Below are positions 41,806 to 50,869 of a stretch of DNA of 64,000 nucleotides, in pieces (the stretch's first letter is position 1; every line of letters starts with the position of its first letter). This DNA is from Octopus sinensis (Eukaryota). Location: positions 10,912,001 to 10,976,000 of the forward strand of contig NC_043005.1 of NCBI RefSeq assembly GCF_006345805.1, given 5' to 3'. The notes below the pieces were generated by a model that worked only from the letters and a program-made list of their open reading frames with translations, was not told where the DNA came from and made no database searches. The translations under genes were made by a program, and so were the position numbers.

Positions 41806-44800
41806 ATCTTGCATGAGTATTTCTATGGGTAGAGAGGCATATCCGTTTGTCACTCAGTTTTTCTGTTTACTTGTATATTGTAATGTATTGTGGCAAAAAA
41901 AAAATAAGTGTTTCAAATTTTGGCACAAGGCCAGCAGTTTTGAAGGAAGCGCTAAGATGATTACATCTATCTCAGTACTTGGCTGGTATTTTATTTTGTT
42001 AGCCCTTTAAGAATGGAAAGCAAAATTGGCTTTAGACCTTAAAGAATTGGAAGGAATGCTGCTACGGTATGCTAATGATTCTGCCAGCTTGCTGTCTGAA
42101 TAATAATAATATTGATGATGGTGATGATGATGATAATAGTAAAAATCTTGTGAGATGCAATGATTCAGAGCGATCACCTGACCAGACATTGTTGTGGTGA
42201 AGAAAGAACATGCATGATAAACTGACATAGCATGACCCAGTGACAACAGGATCAAAGAGAAAGAGGAAGAAAGACTGAACAACTACGATGATTTGAAGTG
42301 GGAAATGCAAAGGTTGTGGTCAATGAGGAGAGTAGACATGATACCAGTAGTAATTGGTGCTTTTGGAAGTATCAGCACTCAACTACCAACATGGCTGAAA
42401 AAGATGAGTATAAATGTAAAGGTAGAATACCTACAAAAAAACCAGCATTGCTTGGAACTGCAAGAATTCTTTGCAGGGTTCTTGAAGCATGACCAGTAAA
42501 CAAGTATCATCTTAGTCTGCTGGCTGTAAACAGCTGACACTTTCCATCATACCCAGCAAAATAAGCTGTGACTTTTCATCAAATAATAATGATAATAATA
42601 ATATTTTCTACTATAGGCACAAGGTCTGAAATTTTGGGAGAAGGAATAAGTCGAGGACGTAGACTCCAGGGACCAACTGGTTCTTATTTTATTGACCCCA
42701 AAAGGATGAAAAGCAAAATCAACCTTGGTGGAGTTTGAACTCAGAATGTAAAGATGGATGAAATGCCACTAAGTATTTGTTTGGATGTGCTAACAATTCT
42801 ACCAGCTTGCTGCCTTCGTAGTAATAATAATAATGATAATAATTGTTTTAGTTGTTGTTGTAAAGGTTGGTGAAAGGGTTAGGATTGGCTTTGGGAATTG
42901 TTCAGTACCACTCAGTTTCGGATGTTTTATTCTTCATCGCCTACCCTCTTTTATAGTTGTAGTAGTAGTTGTTGTTGTTGTTTCACTCCAGGTGAGCCTT
43001 GTTTGAGCGCACCTGTATTTGATGACATCCCATTCTTGACCCTCTCATCTTTTTGTGTATCAAAGATTTCATTTCCAGTATGTCTTATTCAACATGGTAG
43101 GTTGTGATTTGAAAGAGGTTTGCTTTCTATTTTTAGTGGGTACGGCGACTACACAAAGGCTCTTGTATTGTCTTACATTCTTTCTAGCTGAAAGAACTCG
43201 AAGTGGCTGCATAAAGACTCTCTATATTTGTTTTCCAGTTGCCTGTTTTAAAAATTGTTTTACATTATATGTATCTGTTTTGTATTTGTATATACTTTTG
43301 TTATTGGAGTACACTGCAATTTCATAATGCTACCTTCCAGTTTTGGGCCCTCATATCGTATAGTAAATATCTCACATTATATGTTCATATTTATGGAGTG
43401 AATGTTTGTGTGCATGCATATATATGTCTTCATAATCATTGTTTAATGTCCATCTTCCATGGTTGCGTGCTTGGACAGGAGCTGGTAGAAGAGCACCCCA
43501 GGCTACTATGTCTGTTTTAACACCAACCACTCTGCAGAGAAAGAAAGAGAAACAGAGAAAGAAACAGCGGTATGCCTATGGTTAAAAAGCTCACTTTCTG
43601 ACCATGTAGTTCTGTTGTGACAACATGGGTAGATGTCTTCTACAAGGGCTCTAGGCTGAAGAAAATCTTGTGAGTGGGTTTGGTTGATGGAAACTGCAAA
43701 GCCCATCATATACATGTCTGTATGTACGCACTTGTATATTTGCTGGTTGTAAATGTCAGCTTTGCTAATGGTTTCACCACAAAAGCAAACCCAAGCTTCT
43801 TCACTTACTGTGTGACCTTTGTATACAAAAACTCATTGATACATCATTGCTTGTGTCTGGTACTTTATGTAAAACATGTCTCACCTGTTTGTTGTATAAT
43901 AGACTGATAGGTTTATTACCTCACCTGGAACCATGTAGTTATTGGTACAGGAAGGACATCTGGTTGAAGAAAACAACCCCGACATACTTTCATCTAACCC
44001 ATACCAGTAGGGAAAACTAGATGTTAAAGTGATGATGACATTGTGTGTATGTGTGTGCGTGTGTGTGTGTGTCTGTGTCTCTGTGTGTACATGCACACAT
44101 ATACATCTAATACATATGAATCTGTTCTAGGATGGACAATCGCGAACTGTAAGACAATTCCAGTTCACTGACTGGCCTGAGCAAGGAGTGCCTAAGTCTG
44201 GTGAAGGATTCATTGATTTTATTGGGCAAGTTCACAAAACCAAAGAACAGTTCGGTCAAGATGGCCCAATCACTGTACACTGCAGGTATGTCTTTCTCTT
44301 TCTCCCTCCCTCCCTCTCTCTCTCTCTCTCTTTGTCATTCAACTTTATTTGATCAAGCTACACTTTTTTTCTTTCTCTCTTCTTATATTTCATTTCTCTT
44401 TAATATTTGAAAACTGAGTCGATTTTTCCGATCTCTGTTTCCCTCTGTAGTGCGGGAGTTGGAAGGACTGGTGGTTTTATTACATTAAGCATTGTGCTCG
44501 AAAGAATGAGGTATGAAGGTGTGGTGGACATGTTCCAAACGGTGAAGATGCTCCGGACACAAAGGCCAGCCATGGTACAAACAGAGGTACAGTAACTGAT
44601 TTTCTATTTCTCTCTCCATGTAGGGTTTTTTGTTGTGTTTTGTTTTTTGTCGTTGTTTGGTGCTCTAGTTCTGTATTCATGTTCTAACTGAAATATTTAT
44701 CCACATCATCTAGTTTAACATTAACATAGTTTGTAGGTTCCTTTTTTTGTACCAGATTCCCAGCTCCTACAGATGCTGTGGTTGGTTAGGCCTGTAAAAG

Positions 44801-45813
44801 TGATAGACACTGCCACTTCTCTCTTGACTTGTAAGAAAGACTTTAAAAGAGCTATATCTCTTTACAGACTGTAGCTTTGTGTTTTGCTTCAGTAAACGTG
44901 ATTTCTAAAGTGTTATATATTGTTATATTAAAAGCCTATAAATGCACTATTGCTGTATTTACTTCTAGCATTTTGTTATATTTCCCCAAAATTTTCCTTT
45001 CAGTTTTCTAAGTGACCTTGATGGCTTTAGATTTTCAAATAATTGATTTTTCTTTTGTGTTATGCTGTGAAGTTTCATCTCTGGTGTGTGAGCTGTCATG
45101 CTATTGGTAAATCTAAACCCATTGAGAATAGTATTACAGGAAAATGATGATGGAAATTTCTTGGAAAATATATCTAAAAACAAAAAAACCAACAACTACT
45201 AGTGTGTATATGGCTCTTCCAAAATATAGCAAAGTATCTGATGATTTCCTTGAAATCCTTAGTAAAGGGTTTGCTATAAATTCTTTAAGCAGTTTCTGTT
45301 ATTGGCTTCAAAAGATTCCTTCACTAATTTGTTTAGCCACACACTGAAGTGCAGCTGGTTGAGTATTGAAAAACCTTTTGCTTTTCTATTTGCCTGGAGT
45401 TAAATCCTGCCAGAATCCACTTCCCATACATCTCTGCCTGGGTTTCCTATAAAATAAGAATGTATAGTATTTTGGCATTTTGTTCATCATTCCCACCCAA
45501 TACCCAACAACATGTGGTGAATCAATAATTTTTATTTTACTTGAATCATTTTTATCTTTTTTTCTGTGATTGGGTAAAACAAATGAAATCTCTCACTTGC
45601 AATGGTCTTCATCTTCTGGGAGAAATAAAAACTGCTGCATTCTGAGCAAATTTCAATATCAATTAGAGAAGATCCAGAGTGGCATTTACCTGATTTGCTC
45701 ACCTGAAATGTGAGCATAAGTGAATTCAGTTTTCATTTATATAAAACAAAGCTCAATGACCTATGACGAGAGTATTTTACATTATATAATTATAAAATTA
45801 GATTGATATGTTT

Positions 45814-45875
<62 letters not shown>

Positions 45876-46798
45876 TATATATATATAGGCGCAGGAGTGG
45901 CTGTGTGGTAAGTAGCTTGCTAACCAACCACATGGTTCCGGGTTCAGTCCCACTGCGTGGCATCTTGGGCAAGTGTCTTCTGCTATAGCCCCGGGCCGAC
46001 CAATGCCTTGTGAGTGGATTTGGTAGACGGAAACTGAAAGAAGCCTGTCGTATATATGTATATATATATATAAGTGTGTGTGTATATGTTTGTGTGTCTC
46101 TGTTTGTCCCCCTAGCATTGCTTGACAACCAATGCTGGTGTGTTTACGTCCCCGTCACTTAGCAGTTTGGCAAAAGAGACCGATAGAATAAGTACTGGGC
46201 TTACAAAGAATAAGTCCCGGGGTCGATTTGCTCGACTAAAGGCGGTGCTCCAGCATGGCCGCAGTCAAATGACTGAAACAAGTAAAAGAGTAAAAGAGAG
46301 TAATTATTACCATGCTATTATTAAGAGTACCCAACCATAGAAAATCTGCCCCAATGAGTTTCATTTGAGTCATGCAAGTATGAAAAATTGAACATTAAAA
46401 TGATCGTGATGGTATTAAATTGAATTTTCATGTCTGTTAAATCCCAAATAAGCTCTAGTCGAAACCTTTGGTGAAAGAAATTCCAGCCTTGGTCAAACTG
46501 TCCTTTTATATATCAGGGATTACATTATCTTCTGTTTCCTTTCTGCTTTTGAAGTTGGTTGTGTATGGTTTTCTACTTTTCACAAATGCACTCACAAAAA
46601 AAAAAAACTAAACTTTAAATGTGGAATCATAACAAGAATTACAAAACATTTGCTCTAAAAGAATTGAATTTAGGTAAAAAAAAAAAAAAGTCATTTTTCT
46701 GTTTTTAATATTTTTTCTTTTTTCTGCAGGACCAATATCAATTCTGTTATCGTGCAGCGCTGGAGTACCTTGGCTCTTTCGATCACTATGCAAACTGA
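3380..46798 (+). CDS. Lar: LAR-family (type IIa) receptor protein tyrosine phosphatase, 5'-partial, 23 coding exons in window
   Basis: Exons join in frame with GT-AG sites (3917 nt = 2 + 1305 codons including stop). Domain order is FN3 repeats, TM, PTP D1 ([17 protein letters not shown]), PTP D2 ([17 protein letters not shown]), ending [19 protein letters not shown], a C-terminus characteristic of LAR-RPTPs. Confidence 0.97.
5500..5960 (+). mobile_element. Degenerate Tc1-like transposase fragment
   Basis: Frameshifted HTH-like segment ([13 protein letters not shown]) and Tc1-type TARRKPLL motif. Confidence 0.6.
6553..6836 (+). mobile_element. tRNA-derived SINE family C
   Basis: Head ggaggcgcaatggcctagtggttagggcagcgg...ggtttcgattccc; a second copy lies inverted at 29428-29737. 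Confidence 0.88.
8329..8722 (+). mobile_element. tRNA-derived SINE family B, full length with internal TA/TG microsatellite
   Basis: Head ggcgtaggagtggctgtgtggtaag...gggttcagtcccactg, then cttgggcaagtgtctt, tail ...gtcaaatgactgaaacaagtaaaagag; four full copies in window. Confidence 0.9.
8772..9130 (-). mobile_element. 5'-truncated RTE-type LINE 3' end
   Basis: (GAT)n tail, ccaacccatgctagcatggaaagcggacgttaaac and ttaggaagggcatccagcc motifs on the minus strand. Confidence 0.85.
9479..9673 (+). CDS. Lar: Lar exon: FN3 N-terminal part, phase 1-1
   Basis: ccacag acceptor and G|gtaaga donor; (V)[23 protein letters not shown]...VFLTTFL. Confidence 0.93.
9947..11690 (-). mobile_element. Near full-length degenerate Tc1 element with terminal inverted repeats
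   Basis: TIRs tactgtccaaaagtttacgatcacct / aggtgatcttaaacttttgaatagta; broken transposase ([38 protein letters not shown]); LINE-tail insertion at 11012-11170. Confidence 0.88.
11012..11170 (-). mobile_element. RTE-type LINE 3' end nested in the Tc1 element
   Basis: Same (GAT)n-tailed 3' UTR sequence as 8772-9130. Confidence 0.8.
11754..11846 (+). CDS. Lar: Lar exon: FN3 C-terminal part, phase 1-1
   Basis: ttacag acceptor and G|gtaaga donor; (D)[30 protein letters not shown]. Confidence 0.93.
12066..12491 (+). mobile_element. Two tandem degenerate SINE family A copies, tail type 2 with (ATT)n end
   Basis: Two gttcaaattcc B-boxes and central domains, each ending ...ggccttgtg... plus an attatt repeat. 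Confidence 0.78.
12530..12823 (+). CDS. Lar: Lar exon: complete FN3 repeat, phase 1-1
   Basis: ttacag acceptor and A|gtaagt donor; (A)[25 protein letters not shown]...[20 protein letters not shown]. Confidence 0.95.
13381..13815 (+). mobile_element. SINE family B, full length
   Basis: Colinear with 8329-8722, with a longer internal (TA)n. Confidence 0.9.
13879..14440 (-). mobile_element. Mariner transposon 3' fragment
   Basis: [22 protein letters not shown] (mariner YSPDL motif) and terminal tacgaggtggtatcaaaagg. Confidence 0.82.
14456..15040 (-). mobile_element. RTE-type LINE 3' end including the ORF C-terminus
   Basis: Minus strand reads [24 protein letters not shown] (RTE-type ORF end), then the 3' UTR and a (GAT)n tail; the ORF-end segment is partly duplicated. 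Confidence 0.8.
15488..15775 (+). CDS. Lar: Lar exon: complete FN3 repeat, phase 1-1
   Basis: ttctag acceptor and G|gtaact donor; (M)[24 protein letters not shown]...[14 protein letters not shown]. Confidence 0.93.
15892..16030 (-). mobile_element. RTE-type LINE 3' end, truncated
   Basis: catcatcat...ttaacgtcc...ggctggatgcccttcc. Confidence 0.75.
16205..16830 (-). mobile_element. Degenerate R4/Dong-like non-LTR retrotransposon RT fragment
   Basis: Minus-strand [21 protein letters not shown] (HLxFMDDLKL-like RT motif) and [12 protein letters not shown] (HPKSDVDRLYLPR-like). Confidence 0.65.
16995..17225 (-). mobile_element. RTE-type LINE 3' end
   Basis: Closely matches the other (GAT)n-tailed copies. 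Confidence 0.85.
17478..17581 (+). CDS. Lar: Lar exon: FN3 N-terminal part
   Basis: tcatag acceptor and ACG|gtaagt donor; (D)[34 protein letters not shown]. Confidence 0.92.
17798..18030 (+). mobile_element. SINE family A, tail type 1, with target-site duplication
   Basis: Full head, central domain and tail; aggtatttgag at 17788-17798 and 18023-18033. Confidence 0.9.
19010..19223 (+). CDS. Lar: Lar exon: FN3 C-terminal part
   Basis: caaaag acceptor and C|gtaagt donor; [13 protein letters not shown]...[36 protein letters not shown]; phases 0 and 1 match both neighbours. Confidence 0.88.
19311..19530. mobile_element. piggyBac-like MITE family 1
   Basis: TTAA flanks and TIR c(a)ctttt/cgttac...gtaacgaaaggg; a second inverted copy at 35915-36112. 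Confidence 0.8.
20344..20716 (+). mobile_element. SINE family B, full length
   Basis: Colinear with 8329-8722. Confidence 0.9.
20961..21258 (+). mobile_element. RTE-type LINE 3' end
   Basis: gtgccggtggcac modules, ttaggaagggcatcc and (GAT)n tail on the + strand. Confidence 0.88.
21767..21990 (-). mobile_element. RTE-type LINE 3' end
   Basis: Inverted relative to 20961-21258. Confidence 0.88.
22323..22530 (-). mobile_element. SINE family A, tail type 2, embedded in a (TAA)n tract
   Basis: Reverse-complement head gaatttgaactc and central gaaaggatgaaaggc. Confidence 0.8.
22768..22934 (+). CDS. Lar: Lar exon: membrane-proximal FN3-like region
   Basis: tttcag acceptor and GAG|gtatgt donor; (P)[55 protein letters not shown] (missing from the ORF track). 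Confidence 0.9.
22980..23260 (-). mobile_element. Possible degenerate LINE RT fragment
   Basis: [10 protein letters not shown]...[10 protein letters not shown] weakly resembles the ITxEDV...APGPDGVQGYW region of R4-type RTs. Confidence 0.3.
23765..23950 (+). CDS. Lar: Lar exon: membrane-proximal region
   Basis: tttcag acceptor and CCG|gtaagt donor; [20 protein letters not shown]...[21 protein letters not shown]. Confidence 0.93.
25395..25594 (+). CDS. Lar: Lar exon: stalk and transmembrane helix
   Basis: tttcag acceptor and AA|gtaagt donor; [12 protein letters not shown]...[28 protein letters not shown] (missing from the ORF track). Confidence 0.93.
26005..26052. repeat. 16-bp minisatellite x3 (tacctcacgatactgg)
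   Basis: Three adjacent units with one mismatch. Confidence 0.9.
26108..26510 (-). mobile_element. RTE-type LINE 3' end with internal repeats
   Basis: Shared 3' UTR plus repeated aacggccacgatcagatggtgctttt units. Confidence 0.85.
26956..27195 (+). mobile_element. SINE family A, tail type 1, with 14-bp TSD
   Basis: ggtatttgaatatt at 26939-26952 and 27187-27200. Confidence 0.9.
27741..28350 (+). mobile_element. RTE-type LINE 3' end with a 7-unit ~60-bp tandem array
   Basis: Units start at 27753, 27814, 27874, 27934, 27995, 28055 and 28115, followed by the standard 3' UTR and (GAT)n tail. Confidence 0.9.
29214..29326 (+). CDS. Lar: Lar exon: cytoplasmic juxtamembrane region
   Basis: ttacag acceptor and G|gtatgt donor; [37 protein letters not shown]. 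Confidence 0.94.
29428..29737 (-). mobile_element. SINE family C
   Basis: Reverse complement of 6553-6836; abuts a LINE 3' end head to head. Confidence 0.88.
29745..29893 (+). mobile_element. RTE-type LINE 3' end, short
   Basis: ttggcgttaggaagggcatcc...ggacgctaaacgatgatgat. Confidence 0.85.
30128..31344 (+). mobile_element. Full-length degenerate mariner element
   Basis: TIRs tgggtcattccataaat / atttatgggaagacccaa, TA flanks, about 1.2 kb; [19 protein letters not shown] and [15 protein letters not shown] motifs, with stops and frameshifts. Confidence 0.9.
31350..31760 (+). mobile_element. RTE-type LINE reverse transcriptase fragment
   Basis: [30 protein letters not shown] (RT catalytic motif region). 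Confidence 0.85.
32142..32440 (+). CDS. Lar: Lar exon: wedge and start of PTP D1
   Basis: ttccag acceptor and CAG|gtaaat donor; (A)MISHPPIP...[15 protein letters not shown]...[20 protein letters not shown]. Confidence 0.97.
32941..33160. mobile_element. piggyBac-like MITE family 2
   Basis: TTAA flanks and TIR ccccttagtgtt / aacattaagggg; a second copy at 39138-39348. Confidence 0.8.
33414..33512 (+). CDS. Lar: Lar exon: PTP D1
   Basis: ttttag acceptor and gtaaga donor; [33 protein letters not shown]. Confidence 0.97.
33620..33739 (+). CDS. Lar: Lar exon: PTP D1
   Basis: ttacag acceptor and gtatac donor; [40 protein letters not shown]. Confidence 0.97.
33840..33994 (+). CDS. Lar: Lar exon: PTP D1 WPD loop to catalytic Cys
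   Basis: ccacag acceptor and AG|gtatgg donor; [52 protein letters not shown]. Confidence 0.97.
34856..35005 (-). mobile_element. RTE-type LINE 3' end
   Basis: Shared 3' UTR; ends about 75 nt upstream of the 35081 acceptor. Confidence 0.87.
35081..35366 (+). CDS. Lar: Lar exon: PTP D1 P-loop, Q-loop and D1-D2 linker
   Basis: ttttag acceptor and AAG|gtatgt donor; [31 protein letters not shown]...MVQTEDQY...GMELEFK. Confidence 0.97.
35915..36112. mobile_element. piggyBac-like MITE family 1, copy 2
   Basis: TTAA at 35911-35914 and 36113-36116; TIR ccctttcgttac / gtaatgaaaggg. Confidence 0.83.
36238..36573 (+). mobile_element. RTE-type LINE 3' end with ~60-bp modules
   Basis: Same modules and 3' UTR as 27741-28350. 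Confidence 0.88.
37017..37335. repeat. Compound TA/TG microsatellite ending in (GA)n
   Basis: Direct inspection. Confidence 0.95.
37447..37540 (+). CDS. Lar: Lar exon: start of PTP D2
   Basis: ttccag acceptor and T|gtaagt donor; [31 protein letters not shown]. Confidence 0.96.
38108..38184 (+). CDS. Lar: Lar exon: PTP D2
   Basis: taacag acceptor and GAT|gtaagg donor; (Y)[25 protein letters not shown]. Confidence 0.96.
38318..38452 (+). CDS. Lar: Lar exon: PTP D2
   Basis: caacag acceptor and gtatgt donor; [45 protein letters not shown]. Confidence 0.97.
38538..38817 (-). mobile_element. RTE-type LINE 3' end
   Basis: Nearly the same sequence as 16995-17225 and 21767-21990. Confidence 0.88.
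39138..39348. mobile_element. piggyBac-like MITE family 2, copy 2
   Basis: TTAA flanks; TIR ccctttagtatt / aatgctaaaggg; internal similarity to 32941-33160. Confidence 0.78.
39540..39665 (+). CDS. Lar: Lar exon: PTP D2
   Basis: caacag acceptor and gtagtt donor; [42 protein letters not shown]. Confidence 0.97.
39697..39788. repeat. 28-bp minisatellite x3.3 (gagtgtatgtttgtgtatgtgccaataa)
   Basis: Three perfect units starting at 39697, 39725 and 39753, about 32 nt downstream of a donor site. Confidence 0.95.
40400..40810 (-). mobile_element. Highly degenerate RTE-type RT fragment
   Basis: Minus-strand frames resemble the PExIVRxV...ISPYLF RT region. Confidence 0.4.
42145..42600 (+). mobile_element. 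R4/Dong-like retrotransposon 3' end with restriction-like endonuclease remnant
   Basis: PDIVVVKK...[31 protein letters not shown]...IPVVIGAFG, a PD-(D/E)xK RLE-type C-terminus; TAA-rich flanks. Confidence 0.75.
42610..42820 (-). mobile_element. SINE family A, tail type 2, degenerate
   Basis: Reverse-complement head gagtttgaactcagaa and central aaaggatgaaaagc. Confidence 0.75.
44131..44285 (+). CDS. Lar: Lar exon: PTP D2 WPE loop
   Basis: ttctag acceptor and AG|gtatgt donor; [52 protein letters not shown]. Confidence 0.97.
44451..44586 (+). CDS. Lar: Lar exon: PTP D2 P-loop
   Basis: ctgtag acceptor and GAG|gtacag donor; [45 protein letters not shown]. Confidence 0.97.
45888..46300 (+). mobile_element. 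SINE family B, full length, inserted next to a (TA)n tract
   Basis: First ~175 nt differ from the 8329 copy at only one position. Confidence 0.92.
46730..46798 (+). CDS. Lar: Lar last coding exon
   Basis: ctgcag acceptor; [22 protein letters not shown] followed by TGA at 46796-46798. Confidence 0.97.
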   Translation, partial: DQYQFCYRAALEYLGSFDHYAN

Positions 46799-47260
46799 AG
46801 CAGCGATTGCCTTTTCCTATCTATGCAGCCCTCTGTATATTAGTAGCTGGGCATACATATGCTTTCTGAGAAGGCACCACATGGAATGATATTGTTAATG
46901 CATTCAGAACAGAAAGCAGAGGGACATGCTGGTTCTACTTGAATATTATGTCCAAGTTACATAAGAAGGAAAAAATTATTCCATTAACTGCTTTTTTAAA
47001 AAAAAAAACGGAAGCCTACCAAACAGCTTTATATCAATTTAAAGATCCGACGTTGTTTTTTCTTTCATTTTTTTTCCGTTAAACTTTTTTTCCTTTATCA
47101 TTATTCTCATTTTTCCGTTCCATTATGTTTGCTTCCAGTCCATAAAGGGCAACATTGAAAAAATATAAAAGAACAGAATTTCATCCAGCCAAGAAGCATT
47201 ATTACATTTAAGATTTTTTTTTTTTTTTAATTATCATCAAAACAACAAAGGAATAACAAC

Positions 47261-47296
<36 letters not shown>

Positions 47297-48421
47297 CTTG
47301 CCAGTTCACCTTGGTTATTTTTTCATTTAATTTTCTGTTTTATTTTATTAGTTTACTTATTTTATGAAGAAGAGAAGGAGGAGGAAGAAGAATAAAAGAG
47401 GAAAAAAATAGTTTCTATTTCATTTATTTTTTACAAATTTTTAATTTTTATTGCTTTATTAAAAAAGAAAAAATACAATATGGTTAAGAAAGAACAATCA
47501 GACTGTCAGAGACCTATTCCAACTGAGTAACAACCAATATAAGATATAATTGTAAAAAAAAAAATAATAAAAAAAAACTAATAGAAAAAATTTTAAAAAA
47601 TAAGAGGCTCTGATGATTTTTCTCCTCCCAATAGTTTCAGATTTGAATGGACAAATAAAATGGAGACCATATTTTCATGGGGCAACTTGCCTGAAAACCG
47701 GGGATGCTATGGCGGTGCCCATCATGGTTGTAATATAATGTGTACGTTGTAACTGTGTATAATATTATATCTAGCTCTCCAATTAGTAGTGAAAACGTAG
47801 GAAGCAATTTATTTTTGTATGTAAGCTAATCTCATTGCTGGTTATGTAGAAGTTCATGTCTGGATTTTGGATTCTTTTATTCTGCTGTTCATACCTCAGA
47901 TTTTTCTCCCCACCCCACTCCCATTTTATCTTTTTTTTTTTTTAAATCTTTTCTATTTTTTTTATTTTTGTTTATTCTTTTTTTTTTCAAATTCCAGTAG
48001 CTTATCAGATTGAGGATGAGTCCAGCACTTGTAATTAGTGAATGAGTGACATTTTATGCCTTTATAAATACAATAATTGATCATGATGATGATGACGATG
48101 ATGGTGAGGATAATGATGATGATGGTGATGGTGATAATGTAAATGATGATGATGATGATGATGATGATGAGTGTAGGGGATGGGAGAAAGGGCAAGAAGG
48201 AGAGAAGTATACCTCGGGTGTATCATTTAGTTTGCATAAAGAACTTTAAGGATATTGTGTACAGCATGTCTGTGTGTAGACAGCAGTCAAGCTAAGATTT
48301 GAAGAGAGAGTCTGAGATGTATGTGAGTGTGTATATGTATGTGTGTGTGTATGTATGTACATATATATATGTATATCTGTATATATATATATATATATGT
48401 GTATATATATATATATGTATA

Positions 48422-48470
<49 letters not shown>

Positions 48471-48969
48471 ATATATGTATATATATCATCTAGTAAAATT
48501 AGAAGTGTGTTCTGCAACATTTCAGTGGGTCATTCCCTTTTGATAAATGCTTGCTCACAGTTATATTTATAATGTTGTTGTTGTTGTTATTATTATTATT
48601 ATTATTATCATTATTATTATTACTACTACTACTATTATTATTTTCTGAATCTGAACAATTAACTTCTGGCCAGGGAGCATACTTCTACTACTACTACTAC
48701 TACTACTTCTTCTTCTACTACTACTACCACTACTATGTAGCACCTGTAGTTTTTAGTGATGTTAGGTGGCAGTTAAGTTTTTCCCCCTACCCTCCTTGTC
48801 TTTGTCTCACAAGGTGAAGCCAGTCAGATGTTTCATATCCTTTTTAAAAGTTGTATAAAGCTTGCGTTGGTGCTGTTTTCAATACTTTACAGTAATTTTC
48901 TCCCTGGTAGCTCTTTTCACTATTTAAGTGTACATGTATATGATAAACAACAACTCTCCTATTCTTAAA

Positions 48970-49013
<44 letters not shown>

Positions 49014-49852
49014 GGAGATATATATATATATATATAATATATATATATATATTATATATATATATTATATATATATATATATATATCTATATATGTAATA
49101 TGCATGTATGTGTGTTTGTTTTCTATGTGTATATTAGTATATATGTGTGTGTATATGTCAGTATATGTATGTTTATACACACATTACAGACACAAATATA
49201 TATATAAATTACTTTACAAATAATAAGGCTTTATAATGGAAATCATTGAAATATTAAATTTTTTTAACTGCCTAACTCTTGTTGGTGTCCACTCCCTCCC
49301 CAGTCTCCCACCCAATCACCCTCCACTCTCCTTGTTGTCAAACCACCACCCTACCCCCTTAATTCTTGATTCTTTCTTACAGTTCTCCCCACCACGACCA
49401 CATAACATTTACTATTTCTTGACCAGGGCTCTCCCCCTTGGACCTGTGATGAAACATAATAAGATGTCTTGGCATATGACTCCCACAGCCTAGTCCACCT
49501 ACCTATTTGACCACACTTGCATAACCCTCTCTATTTCGTTTCATTTATTCGTAATAATTAACAATGTATTAATTAATCAAATCAAATATTAGTAGTTGTA
49601 TCTCTTGTCTTGCTGATGGCAATTGCTTTGCCTTCTTCCTTTCATTCTTTTTTATTCATTGAGGTTTTGTTGTAATTTCTGATGATTTTCAAAGGAAACT
49701 GACAAATTGTTTTTACCAAAGTCTAGCACTAGAACTCTTTTGTACAAGCCATGTCGCTGTCTCACTCACTGTTAGGTAATAATATATTCTCTTCAGTATC
49801 AAATCACAGCATATCTTGCTGTTTTCTGTCAAGCAAGTCCTCCATCAAGTCT

Positions 49853-49887
<35 letters not shown>

Positions 49888-50320
49888 TAACAATAATAAT
49901 AATAATTTTCTTTCTGATCAGTATTCTAAGCTTTCACTTTTTTCTTTTTCTATTTTACTTCTACTGCTGTTGTTAGAATTTTTTTTTCTCCCTCCAGCGA
50001 ACACTCCTGTTTTTCTCCGTCCTCCATTGCTGTGCTGCATAAACTCAAAGCACACATGAACAAAAACAGTATGTGCTTGCTTTCAACATAGCATCTATAG
50101 CTCCCAGCTGCTGAGTCACTGTTTCAATTGTAGCTATAAGAATTCTCACATGATAAAAAAATACTTCTTACAGTTAAGAAAACATTGAATTTTAAAAAAT
50201 CAAAAAAAAAAAAAGAAAAAATCAGTATGATTGGTTCCATTTGAAACAAGACTGTCCATATTCTGTTTTTTGTTTTTGTTGTTTTGTTTTAAGTCATTTG
50301 GTTCTCTTTCCATTATTGCG

Positions 50321-50351
<31 letters not shown>

Positions 50352-50604
50352 AAATATTGTTTGTTGTTATGATTTGCAAAGTGTTTCTAGCTTGCAGCTT
50401 CGTCAGATTTTCAGAAGATGTGAGGCAGAAATGTTCTGTTATAAATCATAACGATGAACAAATGTAAATTACATAAATATATGTAGGTGTGTGTGTGTGT
50501 GTGTGTACATACTATTTGTATTAGTTTCTTTATATGAATTGTTGATGCACTGGTCATATAACTAGGTATACCCTCATTACATTTCATGCATGTGTGTGTG
50601 TGTC

Positions 50605-50647
<43 letters not shown>

Positions 50648-50779
50648 ATGTATGTATGTATATATTATATGTGTGTATATATACATTGCATAAGAGATAT
50701 TTGTGTATGAATTATGTATAAGTTTGGATATGTAAATATGTCTATATGTATATAGTGTGTGTGTGTGTGTGTACATAAT

Positions 50780-50792
50780 ATATATATGTATG

Positions 50793-50869
<77 letters not shown>

